NCBI GenBank assembly: GCA_052145735.1
Contig: JBKQOA010000019.1
Coordinates: 2,783-66,782, forward strand
DNA: 64,000 bases
Direction: 5' to 3'
Source: Limisphaerales bacterium
GTDB taxonomy: Bacteria > Verrucomicrobiota > Verrucomicrobiia > Limisphaerales > UBA11358
The position numbers and the translations under genes were made by a program. The notes beneath the pieces were generated by a model. That model was not told the origin of the DNA and did not search any database. It saw nothing but the letters and a program-made list of their open reading frames with translations. Positions 8,173 to 17,291 of this stretch are shown in pieces; positions within the stretch are counted from its first letter, which is position 1, and every line of letters begins with the position of its first letter.

Positions 8173-9587
8173 TGGCTGTTCTTCAAGATCCCTTGGAGTT
8201 CTTTGACGACATCGGGATTCTTGTCTGCCACGTTGTTGGTTTCGCCCGGGTCCGTTTTGACGTTGTAAAGTTCCAGCGGCGCGTCGGCCTTCGGTTGCAC
8301 GGATTCCCAGTCACCCAGGCGGACCGTGTGCCACACATTGCGTCCGCGAAGTTCCCAGTGGAAAAATTCGTGCCGGTTGGTCTGAGTCCGGCCGGACAAC
8401 GCCGGCAGGACGGAAAGGCCGTCCAGATTTGGCGGCGCATTGGTGATAGAGGCCATGTCCGTCACCGTTGGCAGGAAATCCCAGGCTGCCCAGGTAAAAT
8501 CGCTGACCCGCCCGGCAGGAATTTTACCCGGCCAATAAGCAATCATTGGCACCCGCAACCCGCCTTCGTAAGGAGTGTCGCGGCCGCCGCGAAACGGGCC
8601 GGCGCTCCGGAAAAATTTTGGGTCCACGGCGCCATTCATTTGCGGCCCGGTGTCGCTCGTGAAAAAAACCACCGTGTTGCTCTCCAGCTTCAGCTTTTTC
8701 AACTGTTCGAGCAACTCACCGATGCCGGCGTCCAGCCGTCCAATCAAGGCCGCCTTGTTTTTTTCCGGCTGCGGCCACGGTTCCTCGGAATAAGGCGCGT
8801 CGGTGGGAACCTCCCCGTTGCCGGAGGCCGGGATTTTATAATGGACCAGCAGGAAAAAGGGCCGGTAATGGTTGAATTGGTTGGGCTGGTACATTTTGAC
8901 GAAATTCAGCATGGCTTTCGTGTACAAATCAGGGGTGTAATCGCCCTTCTTCCCGCCGGTGTTGGGATACAGCATTTCCCGGCCGATGAAATCCTCCCTT
9001 TGATTGTTCGTCGGGTTGAGCAGGCCCCCGGGCGCGTAACGCCACATGTAATCGGCATAAAAATTCTCCGCGTCGGCCGGGTCAAAATAGCCGGCAAATT
9101 CGTCGAAACCCTTGTGCCAGGGCGCGCCCGCCGTGCCGTCATCGCCCAGAATCCATTCGCCGATCAGGCCGGTGTGATAGCCGGATTGTTTGAGCACCTG
9201 CGCCACGGTGACATCATCCGCCGCCAGCGGCACGTCCACGTCCGCGCGCTGTCTCAGATGCCCCGGTTCCCGGCCCAGCAGGAGTGCCGCACATGCCGGC
9301 GAGCTCGCGGCGCCGCCCGCATGATAATCCGTGGCGCGCACGCCCCCGGCGGCCAGCCGGTCCAGATTCGGTGTCTGAAACTTGCTCTGGCCATAGCAGC
9401 TTAAATCGCCGTAACCGAGCCCGTCGGCCACAATCAAAATGATGTTCGGCTGGCGGACGGGGGCGGAGTTGGTCAGGACAAACGACAATTCCGCGCGGAC
9501 AACCGGTGAAAATCCCGACAGTGCCGCGCCCGAGAGCAACGCCAGGATGAGCATCCGGCAGGAACCATGGAAGCAGGTTGATTTCAT
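8169..9587 (-). CDS. Sulfatase-family protein with degenerate active site
   Basis: PNIILIVADGLGYGDL, TPNLDRLA, YEGGLRVPMI, ELYNVKTDPGETNNVA; CxPxR motif replaced by SSPAC. Confidence 0.88.
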   Translation of the reverse strand: MKSTCFHGSCRMLILALLSGAALSGFSPVVRAELSFVLTNSAPVRQPNIILIVADGLGYGDLSCYGQSKFQTPNLDRLAAGGVRATDYHAGGAASSPACAALLLGREPGHLRQRADVDVPLAADDVTVAQVLKQSGYHTGLIGEWILGDDGTAGAPWHKGFDEFAGYFDPADAENFYADYMWRYAPGGLLNPTNNQREDFIGREMLYPNTGGKKGDYTPDLYTKAMLNFVKMYQPNQFNHYRPFFLLVHYKIPASGNGEVPTDAPYSEEPWPQPEKNKAALIGRLDAGIGELLEQLKKLKLESNTVVFFTSDTGPQMNGAVDPKFFRSAGPFRGGRDTPYEGGLRVPMIAYWPGKIPAGRVSDFTWAAWDFLPTVTDMASITNAPPNLDGLSVLPALSGRTQTNRHEFFHWELRGRNVWHTVRLGDWESVQPKADAPLELYNVKTDPGETNNVADKNPDVVKELQGILKNSH

Positions 9588-9662
9588 TGTGAATTTGGAT
9601 TCTGGAAAGGCCGGTGCGTTCAAGCAATTCTTTTCGGCGGCGATCCAATTTATCGCGCCGGA

Positions 9663-11675
9663 TTATTGGACGGCGGGGGGATGGATTGGGGCGGATCCGG
9701 CCGGCATCTCCTTCGGCCCCGGTCGGGGATAATCCAGTTGGTAGAGGCGCAGCCGCATGGGGGATTGATAGCAGCGGGTCGAACCCGATTCAGTGGCGGC
9801 GGAAATGGTCAGGGAAGTCACTTCCCAGCCCATCAGATCGCGCTCTCCGTCAACGGAAGCCAGCGCAACGAACGATTCGTTATCATTGATCAATGGCGAC
9901 AACAGGAATCCGCTGCGGGCCATGTCAGGAACCAGGCGGAAGTCGAGGCGCCGGCCATTGCGGAGGGACACCGCCAGCCTCAACATTGGTGGTTTGTGAA
10001 GCACGGAAACCGCCGATCCCAAAACAGATTTGTTTATTTCCATTTCCGCCCAGAGCCGGCCGTGATTGGTGGCGGGCAGCCGGATGGGTTCGCCGAATAC
10101 GACTGGCTGGTCGCCGAGCGGTTGGAGGTGATATTCCCGGGGTGTGGCCGACTGTTTCAAAAGCACAAATGTCCCCATTGCGTCCGCGACATCGTAGCGG
10201 GTCAATAATTCCGGCCACGAACGGCCGTCATCCAGTGATGGGAAATGGTCGTCGACCGGCCGGATTTCGAAAAGAATGTTGCTGGCGGCGCGATTGCTTC
10301 TCAGAAATGCGGCATTCAATTCCGCCAGTTCCGGCGTATAGGCGGAATAACTTTGAATGACCGGGCGCGGATGATAAGGCAGGCCGTGGGCCAGGAGTGC
10401 GGCCTGGTTCCAAGGGTAGACGTCCACGTTCCCGGCCACGGGTGGGACCGGGAATATATTCCGAATCTGCATGAGATAGGTTTCGTAGTCCTTCCGCAAA
10501 TGGCCCGGGTCGGAGAGCCATTTTATCGGGGCCAGCAGGCTTTTACGGTCAAAGGTGCGGGCCAATTGCGCCAGCGGTTCGTTGATCGGATACTGGTCCA
10601 CGGGGGCGGAAGAGGAAAAACATAAAAGAACGGCCAGCAGGAACAAACTGGCCCTCCCCGCCCATGATTTTTTTCCTGACCTGACCGGCCAGGTCACCGC
10701 CAGACACGCCAGCCCGACGACCAAAAGCATCAGCACGGCTTTGACCGTGTGCATGTCGTCACAGCGCACATAACCCTGTTTGAAAGTCAGGAAAACAATC
10801 GCGCCCAACCCGGTGATGGGAAGCAGGCCGAAATACCGGTGCCGCTGCCACGCCGCGTACCCCGTTAATGCGACCATGAGCAGGGCCGCCAGCAGGAACC
10901 AAAGGACATCCTGGACTTCCGTTTCTCCGGCCTTGCTCATCGCTTCGGTGTACCCCCCGGTGATTTGCCAGGAGTTGCGCAGAAACGGTGCAAGCGAACC
11001 CAGGCTTTGCCGGGCGGCGACCCAAAAAAGCAGAACGCTGGCCGCAAACAGCACTGCAACCCAGGGAAACTGCCGTTGCCGGAAAACATTGTCCGTGGCA
11101 ATGATGGCCACGACGATTGTGGCCTCGATCAGGCCGGAGAACTTCATGAGGCTGAGGACGCCAAAAGACACGGCCAGCGCTGCCTGGAGCGGCGTGATGG
11201 AGCGATCTTCCACGAAGAAATGCAAAAACAAGAGCATCACCGACCAGGCGACCAGCCGAACATCAATGCTTTGTTCCACGGTCACGCCGGCCACGGTGAC
11301 AAACCCGATCAGCCAGAGCCAGGAAATCAAGGTGTGACGGGAAAGATGACAGGCCATCCGCCACCCCGCCCACCAAAACACCAGTGACAGCAGAGTCCAT
11401 ACGATCAGGGAAGTTGTGAAGGTCGACGGAGTATAGCCTCCGCCCAGAAAGCCCCACGGACCATAGGTAAAAATGAAGTCACGGCCAAACTGCCAATGAT
11501 GTTCAAAGGCCGTGTGCAGCGCCAGCATCCACGAGTTGTCCAGGATCGAATTGTGAAATTGTGGCGAGAAAGGCAGGAACCTGAATAAAGTGTAAAGCAG
11601 CGCCGTCGCCGCGGCCAGCCAGCGTATCGCGGTCAGCCAACGCCCGTTTTTTGGGAGAGCATCCGCCGTGATCAT
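9663..11675 (-). CDS. Multi-pass membrane protein with soluble C-terminal domain (possible GT-C-like glycosyltransferase)
   Basis: Many TM helices; LDNSW and FGRDFIFTYGPWGF near the N-terminus; ATGA overlap with the upstream transporter gene. Confidence 0.7.
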   Translation of the reverse strand: MITADALPKNGRWLTAIRWLAAATALLYTLFRFLPFSPQFHNSILDNSWMLALHTAFEHHWQFGRDFIFTYGPWGFLGGGYTPSTFTTSLIVWTLLSLVFWWAGWRMACHLSRHTLISWLWLIGFVTVAGVTVEQSIDVRLVAWSVMLLFLHFFVEDRSITPLQAALAVSFGVLSLMKFSGLIEATIVVAIIATDNVFRQRQFPWVAVLFAASVLLFWVAARQSLGSLAPFLRNSWQITGGYTEAMSKAGETEVQDVLWFLLAALLMVALTGYAAWQRHRYFGLLPITGLGAIVFLTFKQGYVRCDDMHTVKAVLMLLVVGLACLAVTWPVRSGKKSWAGRASLFLLAVLLCFSSSAPVDQYPINEPLAQLARTFDRKSLLAPIKWLSDPGHLRKDYETYLMQIRNIFPVPPVAGNVDVYPWNQAALLAHGLPYHPRPVIQSYSAYTPELAELNAAFLRSNRAASNILFEIRPVDDHFPSLDDGRSWPELLTRYDVADAMGTFVLLKQSATPREYHLQPLGDQPVVFGEPIRLPATNHGRLWAEMEINKSVLGSAVSVLHKPPMLRLAVSLRNGRRLDFRLVPDMARSGFLLSPLINDNESFVALASVDGERDLMGWEVTSLTISAATESGSTRCYQSPMRLRLYQLDYPRPGPKEMPAGSAPIHPPAVQ

Positions 11676-12961
11676 TCCCATGCGGCTTTCCTCCCAAAGT
11701 TGGAATCCAGGGGGATCCGCCGCGCAACGATGAAACTGGGAATCGTCGCCAGCAGCACCCACACGAAGAAATGCGGATAACCGAGGTGTTCCTGCAGCAA
11801 GCCGCTCCACATCCCGGGCAACATCATGCCCAGCGTCATGAAGCCGGTGCAAATCGCGTAGTGCGCGGTCTGGTGTACGCCCCGCGCGATGTAAATCATG
11901 TAAAGCATGAACGCGGTGAAGCCGAACCCGTAGCCGAATTGTTCCACCACGACGCCCGTGCCGACGGCGAGCAGTTTATCCGGCCGGGCATAGGCCAGCC
12001 AGACAAAAACCGCGTCGGGCAGGTGGATCGCCAGCAGCATCGGCCACAACCAGAATTTCAGTCCGTGGCGCGAGACAACAAACCCGCCGAGCAGCGCGCC
12101 GGCCACGAAGGCGATATTCCCGACCGTGCCGTAAATGATGCTGATGTCGTCAATGGCCAGCCCCAACCCACCGGTTGCCGGCGGTGCGTGCAAAAAAATC
12201 GGGATGATTTTCACCAGCTGCGCTTCGCCCAGCCGGTAGAGCAGCAGGAAAAGCAGCAGCACGACAATTTTCGGTTTTTGAAAAAATGACCCGAAGGTTG
12301 TGAAAAATCCGGTCCGGAAATTCCCGGTTTCCCCGGAGACCTTGGGTTCATCCGATGCCGGGCGCGGCAGGATGAAACGGTGATAGGCGCCCAGAGCCAG
12401 AAAAATTACCGCGGCGAGCGCGAATGCCGCCGACCAGCCGAAGGCCGGGTTGCCGGTGTGCCGGGACAGCCGACCGGCAAGGTACACCAGACCGCCTTGC
12501 GCGGAAATTTTTCCGACGTTGAAAAACACGCTGCGAAATCCAATGAAGAAGGACTGCTCGCGCTCCGTCGTTGCCAGCATGTAAAAGCCGTCGGCCGCGA
12601 TGTCATGGGTGGCGGAACTGAAAGCCAATAATCCCAGAAAAACGATTGTCCATTGGACAAAATGGGATGCAGGAATCATCAGGGCCGCCCCGGCCAGGCC
12701 CAGGCCCAGCAGCAGTTGCATTGTCCAGATCCACAGCCGCCGGGTTTTCAGGATGTCCACGGCTGGGCTCCACAAGGGCTTGAGGACCCAGGGCAGATAA
12801 AGCCAGCTGGTGAAAAATGCCGTGGCTTCATTCGATACGCCCAGGTCGTTGTACAGCATGACGGACACCGTGGCCACCAGCGCATTCGGCATACCTTCGG
12901 CAAAATACACCGTGGGAATCCAAAGCCACGGGTGGCGGGGGCTGGTTTGGGCGTCGGCCAT
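11672..12961 (-). CDS. AmpG-like MFS permease
   Basis: YFAEGMP, LPWVLKPLWSP, SATHDIAADGFY motifs. Confidence 0.88.
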   Translation of the reverse strand: MADAQTSPRHPWLWIPTVYFAEGMPNALVATVSVMLYNDLGVSNEATAFFTSWLYLPWVLKPLWSPAVDILKTRRLWIWTMQLLLGLGLAGAALMIPASHFVQWTIVFLGLLAFSSATHDIAADGFYMLATTEREQSFFIGFRSVFFNVGKISAQGGLVYLAGRLSRHTGNPAFGWSAAFALAAVIFLALGAYHRFILPRPASDEPKVSGETGNFRTGFFTTFGSFFQKPKIVVLLLFLLLYRLGEAQLVKIIPIFLHAPPATGGLGLAIDDISIIYGTVGNIAFVAGALLGGFVVSRHGLKFWLWPMLLAIHLPDAVFVWLAYARPDKLLAVGTGVVVEQFGYGFGFTAFMLYMIYIARGVHQTAHYAICTGFMTLGMMLPGMWSGLLQEHLGYPHFFVWVLLATIPSFIVARRIPLDSNFGRKAAWE

Positions 12962-13045
12962 CCATGTTTGAGTAGCAGGTTAAAGCCGCCGGGGCAAAAA
13001 TTTTCCGGCTTGCACTTTGGCCCGCACCCTGCGTTGAGTCAGGGT

Positions 13046-13786
13046 GTGACCGGCGCATTTATCAACGCCTTGGGTATTCTGATTGGCGCGTTGTTGGGAT
13101 TGGCGATGCTCCAATCGCTGTCCCTCCGCACGCAGGTTTTCTTCCGTTCGGCGCTGGGCGCCTTCACTATTTTTTTCGGCCTGCAACTGGTGTGGTTGAG
13201 CCTCCCGGAAGCTTTTCTGCCGGCGTTGAAGCAGCTTTTCATCGCCGGCGTTGCCGTGACCCTCGGGTTTTGGCTGGGCCGGCTGCTGCACCTGCAAAAA
13301 CTGTCGAATCATCTGGGCCGTTACGCGGGCCGCCTGGTCGCCGCCGCCCAATCAGACGCGCCGCGCAGAATGGGTGACGGGTTCATCGCCTGTACCATTT
13401 TATTTTGTGCCGCGCCCCTGGGCCTGCTCGGCGCGGTGACGGATGGGTTTCCCACCGGGGACAGCGGCTTCGGCTATTTTTACCTGCTCGTCGTCAAAGC
13501 GGTGATGGACGGCCTGGCCATGACCGGTTTCGTGAGGGTGTTCGGCTGGCCGTCCGCCCTGTCGGCGTTCCCGGTTTTTGGGCTTTTCAGCGGTATCACG
13601 CTGGCCTGCCAGGTTTGGGCGAGGCCGTTGCTTCAGGCGCACGGTCTGGTGGAATCGGTCGATGCCGCCGCCGGGTTCATCGCCTGCGCCATAGCGCTGA
13701 TGATTTTTGAAGTCCGCCGGGTGGAACTGGCGAATTTTCTGCCGGGCCTCGCTGTCGCGCCGCTGCTGGCCTGGTGGCTGAAATAG
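13046..13786 (+). CDS. DUF554-family membrane protein
   Basis: TGAFINALGILIG, GFIACTILFC, KAVMDG, ELANFLPGL; GTG start inferred. Confidence 0.8.
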   Translation: MTGAFINALGILIGALLGLAMLQSLSLRTQVFFRSALGAFTIFFGLQLVWLSLPEAFLPALKQLFIAGVAVTLGFWLGRLLHLQKLSNHLGRYAGRLVAAAQSDAPRRMGDGFIACTILFCAAPLGLLGAVTDGFPTGDSGFGYFYLLVVKAVMDGLAMTGFVRVFGWPSALSAFPVFGLFSGITLACQVWARPLLQAHGLVESVDAAAGFIACAIALMIFEVRRVELANFLPGLAVAPLLAWWLK

Positions 13787-13837
13787 TGATTGGTCGAAAA
13801 CTGCGGGAATTCAATCATCCTTGAATGCACATTGTTC

Positions 13838-13923
13838 CGAGAACGAGAACGACGACGAGAACGATTGTAAAACCATTTGTTTCCGGCCTGGATTTTTTCT
13901 TTGCGTTCTTTGCGTTCTTTGCG
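13838..13923. repeat. Short tandem arrays (CGAGAA/CGACGA hexamers; TTCTTTGCG x3)
   Basis: CGAGAACGAGAACGACGACGAGAACGA at 13838-13864 and three exact TTCTTTGCG at 13897-13923. Confidence 0.85.
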
Positions 13924-13937
13924 GTTAATCTGGCGAC

Positions 13938-14642
13938 ATGAACTGCATCGTCACCGCCGGGCCGACCTATGAGACGCTGGACGACGTGCGGCGGCTCACG
14001 AATTTCTCGACCGGCCGCCTCGGCACGGAACTGGCCAATTTTCTGGCGGCGCGGGGCCACAAGGTGATTCTGCTCGTTGGCGAATCAACCACGTATTCCG
14101 GCGAACGGCGCGCGCAGCGGGTGGAGACCTTCACCACGACGACCGATCTGCGCGAAAAGCTGAAAGCGGTATCAGCCAAAAAAGTGGATGCGATTTTTCA
14201 CGCGGCGGCGGTCAGCGATTTTGTTTTCGGAAGAATTTTCACGCCCAACGAATCCGGCAAACTGGCCGAAATCAAGGCGGCCAGCAAAATTCCCACCCGG
14301 CAGGGCAAGCTGCTCGTCGAGCTGGTGCCAACACCAAAGGTCATCGCCGCGTTGCGCGGCTGGTTTCCGCGAACGCGGATCGTGGGATGGAAATTTGAAG
14401 CGGACGGCGGGCGCGCCGATGTTCTCAACGCCGCGAAACGGCAGCTGGCCGAATGTTCAACCGATTTGTGCGTGGCGAACGGTCCGGCTTACGGTGAGGG
14501 ATTTGGCCTGGTGGCGAGGGACGGCAAAACGGTGCATCTGGCGAGTGCGCCGCTGTTGTTTGAGGCCCTGGAAAAATCTCTGCAGCCGCCCCGCCCCGCC
14601 CCGGCGGCCAGCCGGGTTCCCGGAATCCGGGGCGCCGCCTGA
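13938..14642 (+). CDS. coaB: Stand-alone phosphopantothenate-cysteine ligase (CoaB/DFP domain)
   Basis: IVTAGPTYETLDDVRRLTNFSTGRLG, HAAAVSDF, VGWKFE, CVAN. Confidence 0.82.
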   Translation: MNCIVTAGPTYETLDDVRRLTNFSTGRLGTELANFLAARGHKVILLVGESTTYSGERRAQRVETFTTTTDLREKLKAVSAKKVDAIFHAAAVSDFVFGRIFTPNESGKLAEIKAASKIPTRQGKLLVELVPTPKVIAALRGWFPRTRIVGWKFEADGGRADVLNAAKRQLAECSTDLCVANGPAYGEGFGLVARDGKTVHLASAPLLFEALEKSLQPPRPAPAASRVPGIRGAA

Positions 14643-14659
14643 GCGCGACGGCGGTATTT

Positions 14660-16372
14660 TCACGCCTCAAAATTTTTCAACTGCCGCAAGCCCAGTTTCA
14701 ACGGCAGCCAGCCGATGCAAAAGGACAGCGCCACAAAGCCGGTGATGCCTTCGACCGCCCAGTCTTCGTGCGCGTGCAGGCCGGCGGCGCCAAACACCAG
14801 CAACAGCACGGAGGCCAGGATGTAAAGCGAACTCAGCACGAAGCACAGCGTGCCGCCAAAACCGCTGACGATTTTGTTCGGGTTGGTCTCCTTCAGATTC
14901 GGATAGAGGACGCCCAGTCCGATGGCGAGGCCATTGAGGGCGAAGGTCATCACGGTAATCACTGCGGCAAAAAACAACACGCGGTCCCAGGTCATCTTGA
15001 GCAGGTAGCAGGACAGGGTGATGAGGCCGGAGGTGACAAACAGCGACATGACACTGGCCAGCCAGAACTTGGTTTTGACCACCCGGGCCATGCCCATGGG
15101 CGCCATGCCGATGATCCACAGCCTCCAGCCTTCCAGCGAAAATTGCGGAAATACAAACCGCGTCGTCACCGAGGCCAGGTTCAGCGAGCAAATGCCAAGA
15201 TTCAGAAAGGCGACCAGATTGATCCAAAAGGGACTGGCCAACTGGTGGGTGAAGTTGCGCAGGTTGATGACATAGACGCCGAGCAGGCCGAACAACATCA
15301 TCGATTGCCCCCATTGCGTGGTGTCCCGCCAGAACATGCGCAGGTCCTTGACCGCCAGTGCGCGCGTGTCACGGTCGAGCCAGAACAACTTCCCCATGAT
15401 GCTTTCGAGCCAGCCGGCGGAAAATCGGCGGTTCGGCCGCGCGCGAAGCCAGTTCCGACCGCTGCCGGCGCGGCTTTGCACCGCCGAGGCCGTGTTGTAA
15501 AACACCCCGCCGAAGCGCGTGAACGCAATGCCGCCAAAAAACAACGTGTGACTCAACAACACCAGGGCGAAAAACAACGCGCCGCGCAGAATGCCTTCGG
15601 CCCATTGCAACACCGACGCGGACAGCCAATAGCTGGGCAGAAAAGGAAACAGGGTGAACCGGGTTTTGGCGAGCAGTTGATCCAGCGCCTCCAGCGTGCG
15701 CTTGTCGAGCATATCGTCGTTGACCGGCTGGGCCTGCCACCAGAACGCCGCCAATGCCAGCAACACGGTGGCCGTTCCGATCATGGCGAGCTGAAAACTG
15801 CGCCGGTCCAGAAATCTCCCCACCCAGATGGCCAGCACCGCGCCCAACACCCCCGGCAGCACGATGAACAGCGCAATCAACAGCGGCGTTACCAGGTAAA
15901 AATGCCAGGGCACTCCGCGCACCAGGCCAAACGCCGCCAGCAACGGCGCAATCAAAAAGACAAACGCCCACGATGCCAGCACCGTGGATTCGATGAATTT
16001 CCACCGGAAAATGGTCTGGGTGGGAACCGGCAGCGTCAACAGAAACGCCGTCTCCCGGTTGCGGAACAGGTTGGTGTACCCGATGATAAGATTGCTCAGC
16101 AACAGGAGCGCGAACAAAAAGGCGAACAGGACATACAGCAGCCGCTCGGTGAGTACCGCGCCCAGACCCGGGAATTTGGCGATGAATCTCAGTCCGTGGT
16201 AGAACAACGCGAACGACACGACAAGATAGCCGATGACAAACAGCGCGATGACGCTCGTGAGCAGCCACGATTGATTGCGCACGGACAAAAATCGGCGCCA
16301 GCTTTGCAGCGCGTTGATGCGCACCACCAACCATAACAGCGGGGGCCTTGGTTGAACGAAATCCGCAGGCAC
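14660..16372 (-). CDS. Putative ABC transporter permease
   Basis: About 12 TM; RETAFLLTLP, KDLRMFWRD, FSLEG motifs. Confidence 0.8.
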   Translation of the reverse strand: MPADFVQPRPPLLWLVVRINALQSWRRFLSVRNQSWLLTSVIALFVIGYLVVSFALFYHGLRFIAKFPGLGAVLTERLLYVLFAFLFALLLLSNLIIGYTNLFRNRETAFLLTLPVPTQTIFRWKFIESTVLASWAFVFLIAPLLAAFGLVRGVPWHFYLVTPLLIALFIVLPGVLGAVLAIWVGRFLDRRSFQLAMIGTATVLLALAAFWWQAQPVNDDMLDKRTLEALDQLLAKTRFTLFPFLPSYWLSASVLQWAEGILRGALFFALVLLSHTLFFGGIAFTRFGGVFYNTASAVQSRAGSGRNWLRARPNRRFSAGWLESIMGKLFWLDRDTRALAVKDLRMFWRDTTQWGQSMMLFGLLGVYVINLRNFTHQLASPFWINLVAFLNLGICSLNLASVTTRFVFPQFSLEGWRLWIIGMAPMGMARVVKTKFWLASVMSLFVTSGLITLSCYLLKMTWDRVLFFAAVITVMTFALNGLAIGLGVLYPNLKETNPNKIVSGFGGTLCFVLSSLYILASVLLLVFGAAGLHAHEDWAVEGITGFVALSFCIGWLPLKLGLRQLKNFEA

Positions 16373-16452
16373 GGCGTCAAATTAGCGCTGCAGGGCGCCG
16401 GGCGCAATCCTTGCGGCAGGTCCGACCGGTTTTGGAGTGGTTAAAATCGCCA

Positions 16453-17232
16453 ATGAAATTCAACAAAATCAGCCGCCGCCGGTTTATTCTGGCCACATTG
16501 TTGTTAGCGCCTTGTGCGGTGGTTGGCGACGTTGAATGGATCGAGCCTCAGTGGGTCAAAATTCGCCGGCTGCGCCTGACTGATGACAAACCGACTCATC
16601 GCTTTGTTCATTTCAGCGATTTGCATCACAAAGGTGACCGCGCCCACACGCAGTCCGTGGTGAACATGATCAATTCCCTGTCGCCGGATTTTGTGTGTTT
16701 CACCGGCGACATCATGGAGGAGGGGCAATTCCTGCCGGAGGCGCTCGAACTCCTGTCCGGCATCAAATCACCCCTGTATGGTGTTCCGGGGAACCACGAT
16801 TATTGGAGCCGCGTGCCGTTTGAGGGCATCAGGCAATGCTTTGCCAGCACTGGCGGCGCCTGGCTCGTGGATGAACAACGGGTCGTTGGCGGCGGGAAAA
16901 TCAATCTCGCCGGCATGGCCCGCCTGGGGTCCGGACATCCTTTGCCCTCCGCCAATCCCGGGATGAAAAACATCCTGCTGGTGCACTATCCCGCCTGGGT
17001 CAAACGATTGGGAGGTCAAAAATTTGACTTGATGCTGGCGGGACACTCCCACGGCGGCCAGGTGCGCATTCCCTTTTACGGGCCGATCATGATTCCCTTT
17101 GCCGTGGATGAATATGATTTGGGGTTGTTTCAAACCGACGCCGGCCCGCTGTACGTCAATCCCGGCATCGGTTGGTTTCCGGTCCCGATCCGTTTCAACT
17201 GCCGCCCCGAAATCACGGTGATCGAAATTTAA
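16453..17232 (+). CDS. Metallophosphoesterase (calcineurin-like) with Tat-like signal
   Basis: SRRRFI; SDLH, FTGD, GNHD, GHSHGGQ motifs. Confidence 0.9.
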   Translation: MKFNKISRRRFILATLLLAPCAVVGDVEWIEPQWVKIRRLRLTDDKPTHRFVHFSDLHHKGDRAHTQSVVNMINSLSPDFVCFTGDIMEEGQFLPEALELLSGIKSPLYGVPGNHDYWSRVPFEGIRQCFASTGGAWLVDEQRVVGGGKINLAGMARLGSGHPLPSANPGMKNILLVHYPAWVKRLGGQKFDLMLAGHSHGGQVRIPFYGPIMIPFAVDEYDLGLFQTDAGPLYVNPGIGWFPVPIRFNCRPEITVIEI

Positions 17233-17291
17233 ACCGCCGCCGGTCCCATTTGCCGTTGAAGCCGCGTTGAACGGTTTGTATTGTGCGGCCA

